From assembly GCF_009914755.1 (NCBI RefSeq), contig NC_060936.1: a stretch of DNA of 64,000 nucleotides. One strand, 5' to 3'. Below the pieces are notes generated by a model. It saw nothing but the letters and a program-made list of their open reading frames with translations. It had not been told where the DNA came from and ran no database searches. This DNA comes from the human T2T-CHM13v2.0 reference genome, Homo sapiens. The position numbers and the translations under genes are program-made. This document shows, in pieces, positions 25,501-39,053 of the stretch (position 1 is its first letter; every line of letters begins with the position of its first letter).

Positions 25501-26039
25501 TAAAGCAAAGCCTGTGCTAAGGAGCTCAGCTTGCATCATAAGAGCAAAGAGACCCGAGGGAAGATTTAAAGAGAAGGTGGTGCAATCCCATTTTTATTTT
25601 CCAATGTAGAAATGGCTACTGTCCTGAGGTCTCCCACAATCAAGCATCTTAGAGCCTGGAATCTTCTTCAAATTGGTGCATGAAGGAGAGAGATGGCAGA
25701 GGGTATATGTATCCTGACTCTGAGTAACTCTTAAGGCCAAGCTCAGCCAAGCCAGACCCTGGACTTGTTGAGCACAGAGAAGTCCCTTACCCACTGTTGG
25801 GGACATGGAGCTAGGAGGTCACAAGGGGTCAACGAGGCTCACATCCAATTGTCCAGTCTTCTCTCAAGGTTGTTGTCCATCTAACCTTTCACATCTGGGC
25901 CAGATGAACCATCACCCACCCAGTCATGCAAAATCATGTTGATGTCCCCACCACCATGCTTCACCAGTTGGCCATGCTGTCTCTATTAGGAATGTATTGC
26001 AATCTATCTGTCCTGCTACCAGCTACCATAAGGACACCA

Positions 26040-26340
26040 GCTAACAGAGCACTTTCTACATGTCAAGCACTGTTCAAGAGTAGTTTTACATGAATTATAG
26101 ACTATCACATTCATAAATTATGACATATTTCATAGAGCATTTTACATGAATTATCTCAGTTCTCAAATGACTCAGTGGCATAAGTACCATTGTTAGAGCT
26201 ATTTTGCAGATGAGGAAACTGAGACTAGGGAAGCTTAAGTAACTTGCTCAAAGCCACACAGCCATTATACTAAGTGCACAAACTTTGATATAGATGCAGA
26301 CATACTACTGGTCCCAGGGCCAAGACCCTCAGCCAATACA
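26040..26340 (-). mobile_element. MIR SINE
   Basis: attttgcagatgaggaaactgagact...aagtaacttgctcaaagccacacagc. Confidence 0.8.
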
Positions 26341-27604
26341 CTTGGCTCCTCTTAGTTCTAATGCTCTTTTCTGGACTATTCCTCCACCCTCCTACCTTTC
26401 CCTCTCACTCATCTGTTTCTGTCCCCATCCCCCATCCTCCATATTGTTCTGGAACCCGCATTCTAAAGTTTAGAAAAGAAATATAATCTGAGTATGCCTC
26501 CCCTACTTAGCAATCCTTGACAAATAACCAAATATTGTGGAGGCATTAAAATAATACTTACAAATAATGTTTACTGACATGGGTAATGTTTTGGGATATA
26601 TGTTGAAGGATATACTCTTTATAATGTGATCTGAACTATAGAATAACACAAATAGGAAGATAGTAATACCCTAGAACATTATGAGTGGTTGTGAGGTGTT
26701 CTGGAGTTAGGGAGTTAGAACACCCAGAATACAAGCTATCCCCAAAGTGGATGTCCAAAGATACAACATACACAAGGACTACGTATAATTTGAAAGTACT
26801 GAATTAATCCACAATACACATTAGATGGCTGAATGAAAAATGGATGGATGAATTGTTTAAAGCTAGATAGTGACAGGGTGTACTCAGCATTATAGAAAGA
26901 GCTGTCTATACTCACCATTCATCTAGGAAACTCTCTAAACCCTACTCTTTAAAGGAATTTGCCCATGGAGGTGTTCAACAGGTGAGTTCACACAGATCTT
27001 ATTGAGCAGAAAATACCACTTATAAAAGGTAAAATAACAGTTTTGCTTTGGGTAAAAGAAAGGATATCAGGCCATTGATAGGAGGCCCTGAAGAACATCT
27101 AGGATTCCCAGCCTTTCTTGATTGACAGCTGCCAGACAGCATGTCCCCATGACAACAAGGGATATGGGGGAGCTGAGCCAGAAGCCTGCTTCTTTGCAGC
27201 CTTGGGCTCTGTTCTGGGCTCAAGAGCCCATGATGTGAGTGAGAATGTGGTTGTTCATGGGCAACACAACTTGTTAGTCAAACACGAGTCTGATGTAGTC
27301 ATTGTCTGTAGAAACTTCTTTCCTATATTCTTTTGCACAAAACATTTCTGTGCCTGGCTCAAGGTTAGGTATTTCAGAATAATGTCTAAGATATGGCCCT
27401 TCTTCTCCAGAACCTCTGCTGAAGATGGGTCATCATTTCTGAAAAGATCATTTAAATAGACTATGGTAAGTGCAATTCATTTTTCAGACATTATCTCCAA
27501 ATCCTCAGGAAAAGAGTAAATTCTATTTAGATAAAATTGGGATGCAAAATTGTTTGGCATATGGTAGGCATGCGATAATATTGAGTCAAGAAATTAGCTA
27601 ACCA

Positions 27605-27995
27605 TCTAGGGCAGAGACAGATTGTCTGCTCACCCAACTCACTTCTTATTCCTCTCGGGTAGACAATGAGATGGTATTTGCCAGCCTCTCTTGCAGTTTG
27701 GGGTAGCCATGTGACAGAGTCTGGCCAATGGGATTTGGCAGAAGTGGAAAGCGTCACATCCAGGTTTGGCCCATAAAAACTGCCCATGAGGTCCTCTTCC
27801 GGTAAAACAGAGAAACTGGGGCCTTAGAGGAAGGTAGAGTTACAAGATGGAGGGAACCTGGGTCTCTCAATTACCATGCAGAAGACATCCCACTAACTAG
27901 GACCACCCAATTGGCCTTTAGTGTGAGATGAATGAACTTCCACTGGGTAAAGCCACTCAAGTGTTGGGGTTATTTGTTACAGCAGCAAGCTTATC
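27605..27995 (+). mobile_element. MaLR solo LTR (old MLT1)
   Basis: ccagcctctcttgcagtt...gccatgtgacagagtctggccaatggg; ends ggggttatttgttacagcagc. Confidence 0.75.
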
Positions 27996-28360
27996 CTGCC
28001 TGAACCCATCCAAATCCCTCCCTACCCAAGGCCCACTTTAGGCCCAGAGCTAGCACAGGCAGAACCCTCATGTGAATCAAAAAAGACACCACTCTGTCCC
28101 TGCTAACCCTGTCCTCTGTCTCTTCATTTTCCACCTAGACTGATATTGCCCCCAAACATTAAGCATTCTTGTATTACCTTCATGATTTTTGTAACATCTA
28201 TGTACCACTTATACTATGATACTTGACGATTTTCTTTATGCCAACTCACTTTATTGTTAAATATATTTATTTCAAAAGGTAAACTCTATATTGCTACAGT
28301 AATTGGAAATTTATTTAGAGTAAAATCCTTTAAATAGAAAGTCACCTTAAACATAAAGAC

Positions 28361-28672
28361 AGCCGGGCATGGTGACTCATGCCTTTAATCCCAGCCCTTT
28401 GGGAGGCTGAGGCGGGAGGATCGCTTCAGCCCAGGATTTTGAGACCTGCCTGGGCAAGGCAGTGAGACCCTATCTCTACATAAAAAGTGAAAGATAAAAA
28501 AAAAAAAAATAGCCAGGCATGGTGGCACATGCGTGTGGCCCCAGCTACTCAGGAGACTGAGGTGGGAGGATCACTTGAGCCTGGGATGTTAAGGCTGCAA
28601 TGAGCCATGATGGGCCTGCTGCAGTCTAGTCTGGGTGACAGATCAAGACCCTGTCTAAAATAAATTTTAAAA
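28361..28672 (+). mobile_element. Alu (AluJ-like)
   Basis: Full dimer; TSD ataaagaca on both sides. Confidence 0.93.
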
Positions 28673-29384
28673 ATAAAGACAAAGAATACAAAACATTGTT
28701 GCTAAATTCTAGCTGGATGATTCCAACAAGGGCCCAAAGCTTGAAGGGTGCTCTCTTTCTAAGAGAGGTTAGCAGGGGATGGGGAGGAAGTAAAGAAGTA
28801 TTAGCATCCAACCGAAACATGCCACTGAAGAAATCTAAAGGTATGAGTAGAAATAAGGAAAAAGGAATATATTTTTCATGGTGTGGTTTAATGTTAGCTA
28901 TGACCTTGTGCCTCTCCCACATAAGGATACTTTGTTCTGGGAGACCAGTGAGATGAACTATGGTCAGTTTCTGGGTCCTAAATAAGGTTTAGATTAAAAA
29001 CAGGCATCTGGAGGGTCTTTGGCTTTTTGTTTATCACCCTGGGCTTACCCTGCCCAACCTCTACCGGCCCTGGCATGTAGGCTTTCAGAGCCTCTGGGGC
29101 CATCCTATTCTTGGCTGGAAAACTAGGAAATGATTCCCCTGAAGTGCTCCCAGGTCAGATCACCCCTGCTCATTTCTCTGTGCTTCCCCCATTCATCTGC
29201 TCCAAAGTCCTTTTCTCCACACCTTCCCTGTCCTTTGTCCATGCTACCCTTGTATCAGAAAACTAAACTTGGGCGTAGCCAAGATGCTTTGCTCTAGTGC
29301 ATAGATCCCATGACCATCTATGGGGAAAAAAACACACACATGCACACACCAAATACCAAAGTGCCACTCAAAGAAGGAAGAGGA

Positions 29385-29485
29385 GTGTGTGTTGTGTGTG
29401 TGCTATATGCATTGTGTTGTATGTTCTGTATTGTGCATTGTATGTGTGTTATATATGTTATGTGTGTGTTGTGTTATATGTGTGA
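29385..29485. repeat. Degenerate (TG)n low-complexity tract
   Basis: tgtgttgtgtgtgtgctatatg... Confidence 0.8.
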
Positions 29486-29714
29486 AGGGTGTTCGCAAAT
29501 GCCCCTTCCAGTGTGCTTAACTAGTAGTTATTATTTTAATAATTTTACAATTTGATCTGCACAGAATGAAGTGTGCATTTATAAAAGGTCTTCAAAGTTC
29601 ATTCCAATTTTTAAAATAATAATAAGAATATCTTTAAATATTTACATACAATAATTATTGTTCTTATTGTTCCACGGCTCTGCCAGAAACTCCCCAGCTA
29701 ACCAGCTATATATC

Positions 29715-30235
29715 CTTAGATGAGCTGCTTTGCCTGTCTGGGTTTGTTTCCTGACGTATAATATCTCAGCTGGGTGTTCCTTGCAGCCCCATCCAGCCCT
29801 AAATACTTATGTCTTTATCATTCCATAAGGTATTTACAAAAGTCACTGCTGCTGGGGAAACAGCATAGAGCTCTGTCACCTACTAGCTGTGTGTCCTTGG
29901 GCAAGTCACTGAGCCACTCTATCCCCCAGTATTCTCCACTCTGTAAATAGGGACCATGCTAGTAACTACCTGATTAGGCCATAAACAGGATTAAATGAGT
30001 TAATCCATGTAAAGCATTTGGTAGGGCACCTGGTATAATGCAGCCATGAAACACTAGTGCTGGAACCCAAGCTGAGTGACTTCTCTATGACTTAGTTTCC
30101 CTAGCTGTCACATGGGGATGCAAGGGTGCATCCCTTGTGGAGCTGTGTGAGGATGGAGATAATAGCAGTGGCTGGCACATGGTCAACTGGTCATATGAAG
30201 TAGCCGTTACTAACTGGTGTTGCCGTTGCTATTAT
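29715..30235 (+). mobile_element. Cluster of three MIR fragments
   Basis: tactagctgtgtgtccttgggcaagtcact; cttagtttccctagctgt; gtttcctgacgtataat. Confidence 0.65.
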
Positions 30236-30911
30236 TCCCAGGCAGTGCCCTGAGACCAGATGAGGCAACCTCAGCAGGTGAGAGGGCTCCTCCTACAGGG
30301 GCTTAGATTCCTTCAAAACTGAAAAGGTCAGAACTCCAGAGACAGGTGGGGCTGATTTGCAACATCACTGCAACAGGGCTCTGCCCAATTCCCAGTCACC
30401 GGGCAGCCCTGGAAGCTTAGAAGACACAGGGGGAGAAGAAGGGGGAGGAAGGGAGGGTAAAACTGGTGAGCAGGAAGGGCTTCGAGTTCATCAATGCCAC
30501 TCTGAAGATTACAGGAAGACTAATAGGGCCCCAAGGCCTCGGGGATGAACAAACACGATCTTTGTGGTGCGCCTTTGTTGAGTAACCACGGCAAACTCTC
30601 TCTGTGTGTCTGTCTTCCTTCCTTTTATTCCACTAATGAAAGAGAAAGAGAAGAAAGATTTCCCTTTAGAAAATCAGAAGACAAGGAGAAAACATTAAAT
30701 GCTGAAACCCCAGAGGGCATCTTTAGCATCTACCCACACAAGGCAAATTCCTTGTCTCTCTAAATCCTTCCAACAGTTCAGCGGGCCAGGTGTTGATAGC
30801 TAAGTGAATGATTGTCACACTGGGGATGAACAAGTTCAGGTTGGCTCTCAGGACCCATAGGTGTCGAAGCCAAAGAGAGAGACAAGCCCTGTACTCAGTG
30901 ATGTTCTAAGG

Positions 30912-31130
30912 CTGGGGTGTCCAATCTTTTGGCTTCCCTGGGCCACACTGGAAGAAGAATTTTCTTGGGCCACACATAAAATACACTAACACTAATGACA
31001 GCTAATGGGAAAAAAAAAATCACAAAGAAATCTTATAATATTTTAAGAGAGTTTACAAATTTGGGTTGAGCAATATTCAAAGCTATCCTGGGCTGCATGT
31101 GACCCGTGGGCCTTGGGTTGGACAAGCTTG
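30912..31130 (+). mobile_element. MER30 hAT-Charlie non-autonomous DNA transposon
   Basis: ggggtgtccaatcttttggcttccctgggccacac ... gggttggacaagcttg; 8-bp TSD ttctaagg/ttctaaag. Confidence 0.92.
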
Positions 31131-31404
31131 TTCTAAAGGATCGGTATGAGACACATCTGAGGACAGGAGGTCTGACAGGACAAATGAAGCCAGGGAGCAG
31201 TTTGGAGCAGAAACCCTGACCTGGGAGCCTGAGCTCTCGTCTTGGTTTGCCACCCACCTGCTACGTGACCTTGGGCAAAGCCCCTTCACTTCCCTGGGCT
31301 TCGATTTCTACATCTGAGAAATAAAAGGGGAGAAACTAATGGTCTCTAGGCTATCTTCTTATCATTTTGTACTGAGGAAACAAATTTTCTCTGAGGCTTC
31401 ATGA

Positions 31405-32490
<1,086 letters not shown>

Positions 32491-32581
32491 ATAATTATTT
32501 GAGAAAATAACACATATAAAATTTTTAGCACAAAATCTAGCTCATAGTAAATGCCTGATCAATATTGAGCTGCAATTATTA

Positions 32582-32665
32582 TTTTTTTGAGACAGGGTCT
32601 CACCCTCTTGCCCAGGCTGGAGTGCAATGGCACGATCATGGCCAACTGTAGCCTCAACCTCCTGG
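32582..32665 (-). mobile_element. Truncated Alu fragment (3' end)
   Basis: ttttgagacagggtctcaccctcttgcccaggctggagtgcaatggc. Confidence 0.85.
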
Positions 32666-35254
32666 TTATAAGGAAGTTCTATTCCAATTTCTGCTGTAAG
32701 CACTTACGTGTTCATTCTCCCATTGGTTACTTCTAAACCACCTTTAAAAATTAGCTACATTATCTGCCATGTAATGGACAAGGAACCTTACAAGAAGACC
32801 TGAGAGGTTGAATGATGATAGTCGGTCAAGCTGGTACACACACCCAGAGCCCTGTCAGACCCAAAGGCCAGTGATCTTCCCTGTACCCAACAGCAGTCTT
32901 GACACTTTTCTTCACTCTCTAGCCAACAGAGTACAAAGTCCAGATATCAGCACCTGATTCAGGAGAGGACCATTACTCAGGAAACAGGGTACACTAATAG
33001 TAGGGCAGTATAGTACACCACATGCCTATTTGACCTACTTTGCCTCTTTGACTTACACCTATTAGTATGTGTGCTATACTGCGCTACTATTAGTATGCCC
33101 TATTAGTAGGGTTGGAGAAGGGACAATGACATTCTGGAAACAGGGCATACTCATGGCAGCACAGGATCCTGTGATGAGGTGGCTGGCATAAGCTGGAGTG
33201 ACTTGGAGATGGGAAACAAGACCATGAGACCTAGAGAAATGAGGGAAGGCTTCATGAAGATGGCAGCTCTTGAAAGGTGGTAGAATTTGGATGTTTGAAG
33301 CAGGAGGGTCCTGAATAAGTAAAGATGGGTAGGTAGAAATGACAAAGAGACAGTACTGACTCAATAGAAAGGTTTATGTTGGACAAAAGGAAAAACAGCT
33401 TCTAATAGGAAATAATGATAATAATAGCAGCAGCTATAATAAAAATAATTGTTCACATGCCACATGTAATTGTAAGCTTATATGAGCTCATTTTGTCATC
33501 ATGATCGTTTGAAGCAGGTAACGTGATCCTCTCCTTTTACAGATGAGAAAACTGAGGCACAAACAGATGACACAATTTGTCCCAGATTACCAATTAGAAC
33601 TGGGAGAAAACCAAAATCAGCCAGCAAGGTGATTATGACTAGTAGAAGGCAATAGAACACCAAAATTGTTGGAGAACGTAATAGCAAGGACCACATCCAA
33701 GACATTCATGAATCAACTCATGAAAGAACATAGACATGAATGAATATAGACATTTTTGTACCTAGACATTTTTAGGTTCAAATCATGACTCTACCCACTC
33801 CCTGGCTATAGAATCTTATCCAAGTTCTTTCACTTTCCCGAATTTCTATGCCTAAATAACAGGGCTGTTCAATCCACAGAGGGTTGATATGAGGATTTCC
33901 AGAAATCAGGGTTATCTAAATAGGGAATCGATAGACATTTAAATTAGTGGGTGGTGAGGGGTGTTGACATTATTTTCTTTCAGAGCAAGGGCCTTTGCAA
34001 CACTGGATAAAAGTCAGGAGAGGCCCAAGGGTGTGAGCAAGTATATGGGGAAGTTTCAATGCCACCTTTGGATGCAGCTCTCCTTATGCAAATTCTAGCC
34101 ACTTCCTAGCTCTGTGCCTAGAGACAGGTCACTCTACCTCTTTGACCTACACCTTCCCTACAAAGCAAGGGGAAGGAAATAGGCCCTGCCTCCAAGTGTC
34201 CTGAGGATTGAATGAGTCAGTATGCTGCCCAAAATGCTTGGAACAGGGCCTGCATGGGAGAAGCTCCCAGTGACAGCCCGTCTTTATTGTGAGAGGTCAG
34301 GCCAAGGACATCCCCTAAGACCTCAGAGCACACAATGTGAGTGTTTTCCAAGGACGGCCAGACCTGGTGCATCAGACAGCCTCAGTGGGAAGGCCACGTG
34401 TGCCAGCTTTTATGTTGCCATCAATAGCAGCAGGTGTCACGGCCTTGGAACTTCCTGCTCATACATCAGAATCCCACATTTTACTTCTGTGTACATCTGA
34501 GCATTCAAAAAACAAGGTGGGCGGGCCTCATTCTGCAACTGAAAAGACTCTAGCAACCACCCCTGGCCTTGCCAACACACATGCACACACACTCACACAC
34601 ACACACTCCCTCCAGGAACCTGCCATTGTGTGATGCAGTCTGAACTTTCTACTGTTCATATTTGAGTCAGCACCAGCCAGTGATTGCTTCCCAAGTCCTA
34701 TTTATGGCAGTTTTGTTTTGGAGGAGTTAGGGAGGGTGTGGATGGCAGGCGGATATTGTTGTTTTTCAGAAAGTCTATTTAAAAAACAGAATGCCGTGAC
34801 TGGTTAACTTTGAAACAATGAGGATAAACATATGCTGTCGGTGATGGTTTTCCCTTCATTCATTTGGGCTTTTGTTAAAATGGCAATGGACATTGATATC
34901 CTATTGTTGAGATAGGATTGCCCCCCCTTCATTTGTTAAAAAGATAAAGAGATCTGAAAAGTGGTCCTAAATATTTGAAATATTTGAATCAATTCCTCGA
35001 TGAATTCACCATAGCTTCTACACTTGTCCATAGCAGCTCTACTAAAATCACAATTAGTTCATTCTATACATAATTATGTATTTAACTCCTGTCTTCCTCC
35101 AGCCAGACAGAGGGTGTCAGTTACCTCAACAGGGCCTATTAGCTCAGGAGACAGGCAGAAGAAGAATCAAATTTGGATCTGCCTTTTATTTGCAGCGACA
35201 AATGATTCAACCCTTCAGAGCCTCAGTTTCTACGAAACAAAAGTAATAAATCCC

Positions 35255-35525
35255 TTTCATTCACTTGCCCATTCACTTATTAAAATAGTATTTGAGTGCT
35301 AATTTTGGCTGAGCAGTGTTTTAGGGACTGGAGATAGGGCAGTGAACAAGTGAACGAAGCAAACACAGATTCCACCCCACTCTTGTGTAGGATGATAGAC
35401 CATAAAGAATAAAATAAATAAGAAAACTACATAGCAAATTAGACAAAGAAAAATTAAAGCAGGGAAGGAGGCTAGGAAGACAGACAGAGAGAGAGAGAGC
35501 ATGTGTGTGCGCGTGTGTGTGTGTG

Positions 35526-35560
<35 letters not shown>

Positions 35561-35860
35561 TGCAGTAGCAGGTTTAGGTAAAGGGCCCAGAAAGGACTCA
35601 CTGAGGAGGTAACATTTCAGGACAAGATGTAAAAGAGATGAGAAAGCAAACCATGCAGATACCCGAAGAAGGCTATTTCAGGCAGAGGAAATAGTATGTG
35701 CAAAGGCCCTGAGGTGAGAGTTTGCCTAGTGTGTTGGAGGAACAGCAAGGAAGCCAGGAGTGGATGGGAGGTTGGAGAGTAGGAGATGAGGTCAGAGAGA
35801 TAATTTTGCAGAGTGGTCTGAGGGTTAAGTCATTATAGGAGCCACATACATAATAGGATA
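35255..35860 (-). mobile_element. L2 fragment containing a (GA)n(TG)n microsatellite at 35480-35560
   Basis: tttcaggcagaggaaatagtatgtgcaaaggccctgaggt; ggaggaacagcaaggaagccag. Confidence 0.8.
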
Positions 35861-36134
35861 GCAATGACCAGGTTTTAGATGGTAAACCCATGAAAGTGAG
35901 TGAGTGAAGAATGAATAGATATCTCATTTATCCATCATGACACTAGGACTCAGAGAAGTCCATTGACTTGCTTAAGGCCACTAGCTGGCTTGTGAAAAAT
36001 TTAAGGCTAGACTTCAGGACCATCTTTTCCGAGGTTTTCCAAGAGTTAATCTTTCTTTCCTACATTACTGACACAGATGAAAATCTTCATCAATGTCCTC
36101 CCCCAACCCAAATCCAAATGCCAACAGTTGCCAT

Positions 36135-36243
36135 TGTGAAATGGAGGGACACTGCTAAACATCTTACAATGCACGGGGCAGTCCCCACTACAAAGAATTG
36201 TCCAACCCTAAATGTCAACAGTGCCAAGGTTGAAAAACCTTGG
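36135..36243 (+). mobile_element. MER20 fragment
   Basis: actgctaaacatcttacaatgcacggggcagtccccac...aatgtcaacagtgccaaggttgaaaaacc. Confidence 0.8.
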
Positions 36244-37196
36244 CTGAGGGGAAGAACCCCAAATCTATTGTTTTGTCTTTCCTCTTCAAACCCCATTGTT
36301 TTAAACTCTACATGGTGATTCTCAAGGGTGTGTAGAGAGCTGATAGTACCAGAATGAATGAAGGGTGGGACCCACAAGTCCCTCCACCCACTGGGAGAGG
36401 GAGTGCGGATTCCTGGCTAGGATGAACTCAATTATATTTCCCCTTCCAGGGATCTTTGTTGAAGGCATTAGCATGGACTTGGGGACAAGGGTGGAGCTTG
36501 GAGCACAGTTTTCCAAAATAAAGTCACAGATAAGAGATTAAGATCCACAAGACTATTGCTCTGCTATTCAGAGCACAAAGCCTTTCTTTATCCAGGGCTT
36601 CCCTTAGGCACAGAGGGCTAACAGATATTATCAGAGTAACACATGAAAATAATATTGTCTTAGTGCAAAAGGGTTGATCTTCTCTCCTACATGGAGCTCA
36701 GTACACTTCCATCCAAGCTAGCTCATGCTATTTCACAAGGATCAGGCTATATGGATAATTTATTAAGCCAATTTGGAAGGAGGGATTGAAACTGAGAGCA
36801 AGGTTAATGACACACCCAGTGGGAATACAATGGGGACGAGGAAGAAGATGCATCTTCTTGAGTCTCAGACTGTTGTTCCATTCGTTCATTCATCCATTCA
36901 CTCATTCAACATCCTGGGTGCTCACAATGTATCAGGTTCTATGCTAGACCTTGGAGACCCAACTGTGGGTAAGATGTGATCCCCGTTCCCCTTAAGGAGA
37001 GGGGGATTCACAAGCTAGAGGGGAAGGAAGACAAAGATATAGATGCCATGACATACAGGCTCTTCTGGAATCTAAGGACCATGCAGACTGATGCAGGCTG
37101 CAATGAGAATGATTAGGGAAGTGTGGGAACTGAGGGATGTATCTACTCAACCCAGAGAGCTCGGGGAGGGCTTCCTGGAAGAGGTGAGGTCTATAC

Positions 37197-37405
37197 CAGT
37201 TTCTCAACTTTGACACTATTGACATTTAGGGCTAGATAATTCTTTGTGGTTGGGGGCTGCCCTGTGCATTGTCGGATGTTTAGCAGCACCCATGGCCCCT
37301 ACTCATTAGATGTCAATAGCATCATACTCTCTCAAGTTATTACAATCAGACATTGCCAAGCTGTCCCCCAGCAACAAAATCACAATCCCCCCACTGAGAA
37401 CACTG
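37197..37405 (-). mobile_element. MER20 hAT DNA transposon
   Basis: cagtttctcaac...tgagaacactg termini; 8-bp TSD gtctatac/gtctagac. Confidence 0.88.
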
Positions 37406-38422
37406 GTCTAGACAGAGGAGCAAAACAGATACCCTGGAAGGCCTGGACCACTATACTATGTGGCCTTGTGCTGCATGAGCCATGATGGGAGTTTGAATTT
37501 TACTCCAGGATCGGTGGAAGCCACCAGAAGATTGAAACTGGGTGAGTGGTATGATCTGGTCTTGCTTTTCAAAAGCTTCTCATTGAATGGATAGGAGGGG
37601 CAAGAGTGGCTCAGGGAGATTAGAAGGAAAGTCTTCCACAATGAACCATTCTGGGGCCTGCAAGTGACGGCAGTGAACCTTGCTTGGCACCAGGACTGCA
37701 AAGGGGAGCCTTCTCCCTGGTCAAGCCTGGGCCCCCGAGCTGACACATCCTCCTTGGCAGTGGTCCAGGCCCTGAGCCAGGGAGGAGTTCCTCTCCCAGG
37801 TCCTCCGGCTCCAGGGGACAATGCTGACATCCCAACCATACCATGACTCAGAGCAAAGGGCCTTTCACTTTCTGGAAAGATCAACTATGGCCCAGTTTTC
37901 AAGGAGGATTAGGTGTCAAAGAGAGAACATTGAGCCTTCACTTCAGAACCCAGGCACTGAGTTCACATCAGCCAAAGAAAAGGAACTCAAACCAGACACC
38001 TATAATATGCCAGGCAGGGGCCACACCGGACACTTAGCATACTGAACCCCACATTTAAGCATACAGCATGCTGTCCTGTCACATTATCTGCTGTATACAT
38101 GACCATCTTTCAAGGAATTAGAATAACATGCCCGAACTCTAAACTATTTGAAATGTAATTTCCATGACATTCCTTATAAATATCAATTATCACTGTTCCG
38201 AAGGAGGTATTGCCTTCTTAAAGATGAAGAAATAGGCTTAGAGGGGTGACATGAATTGCCCAGATTCACAACAGCTAGGAAGCTGTCCATCTAAGAATAA
38301 AATCTGAGCTTATTCCTTGTCACTGGGCTCACATTCAAAGCCCATGAGACTTCACAAATCAACATGTAAAACTATAAGTATTAACACTTCTTAAAATTCT
38401 GGACATTGGAATTGTTGGGAAC

Positions 38423-38929
38423 TGTGATGGTTAATACTGCATGTCAACTTGATTGGATTGAAGGATGCAAAAGTATTGATCCTGGGCGTGGTCTGTGAGG
38501 GTGTTGCCAAGGGAGATTCATATTTGAGACAGTGGGCAGGGAAAGGCAGACCCACCCTTAATCTGGGTGGGCACCATCTAATCAGCTGCCAGCATGGCTA
38601 GAATATAAAACAGGCAGAAAAACGTGAAAAGACGAGACGGGCCTAGCCTCCCAGCTTACATCTTTCTCCCGTGCTGGATGCTTCCTGCCCTCAAACATCG
38701 GACTCCAAGTTCTTCAGTTTTGGGACTCAGACTGGCTCTCCTTCCTCCTCAGATTGCAGATGACCTATTTTGGGATCCTGTGATCATGTGAGTTAATACT
38801 TAATAAATTCCTATATATATGTAACTAATAGGATATATATATATCTAGTTAGTTCTGTCCCTCTAACTAGTATATATCTAGTTAGTTCTGTCCCTCTAGA
38901 GAACTGACTAGTCAGTTCTGTCCTCTCTG

Positions 38930-38989
<60 letters not shown>

Positions 38990-39053
38990 CACATACACAC
39001 ACATATGTAGATATCCTATTAGTTCTGTCCCTCTAGAGTTCCTGATTAATACA
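38423..39053 (+). mobile_element. ERVL solo LTR (MLT2A/B) with a rearranged 3' region and (CT)n(AT)n repeat
   Basis: tgtgatggttaata ... gattaataca; perfect 5-bp TSD ggaac; colinear with the copy at 7184-7731. Confidence 0.93.

Noticed and set aside
26084-26154. 15-bp direct repeat ttttacatgaattat around a 41-bp spacer in a MIR
   Set aside because: Real but small; an ordinary micro-duplication with no further structure.
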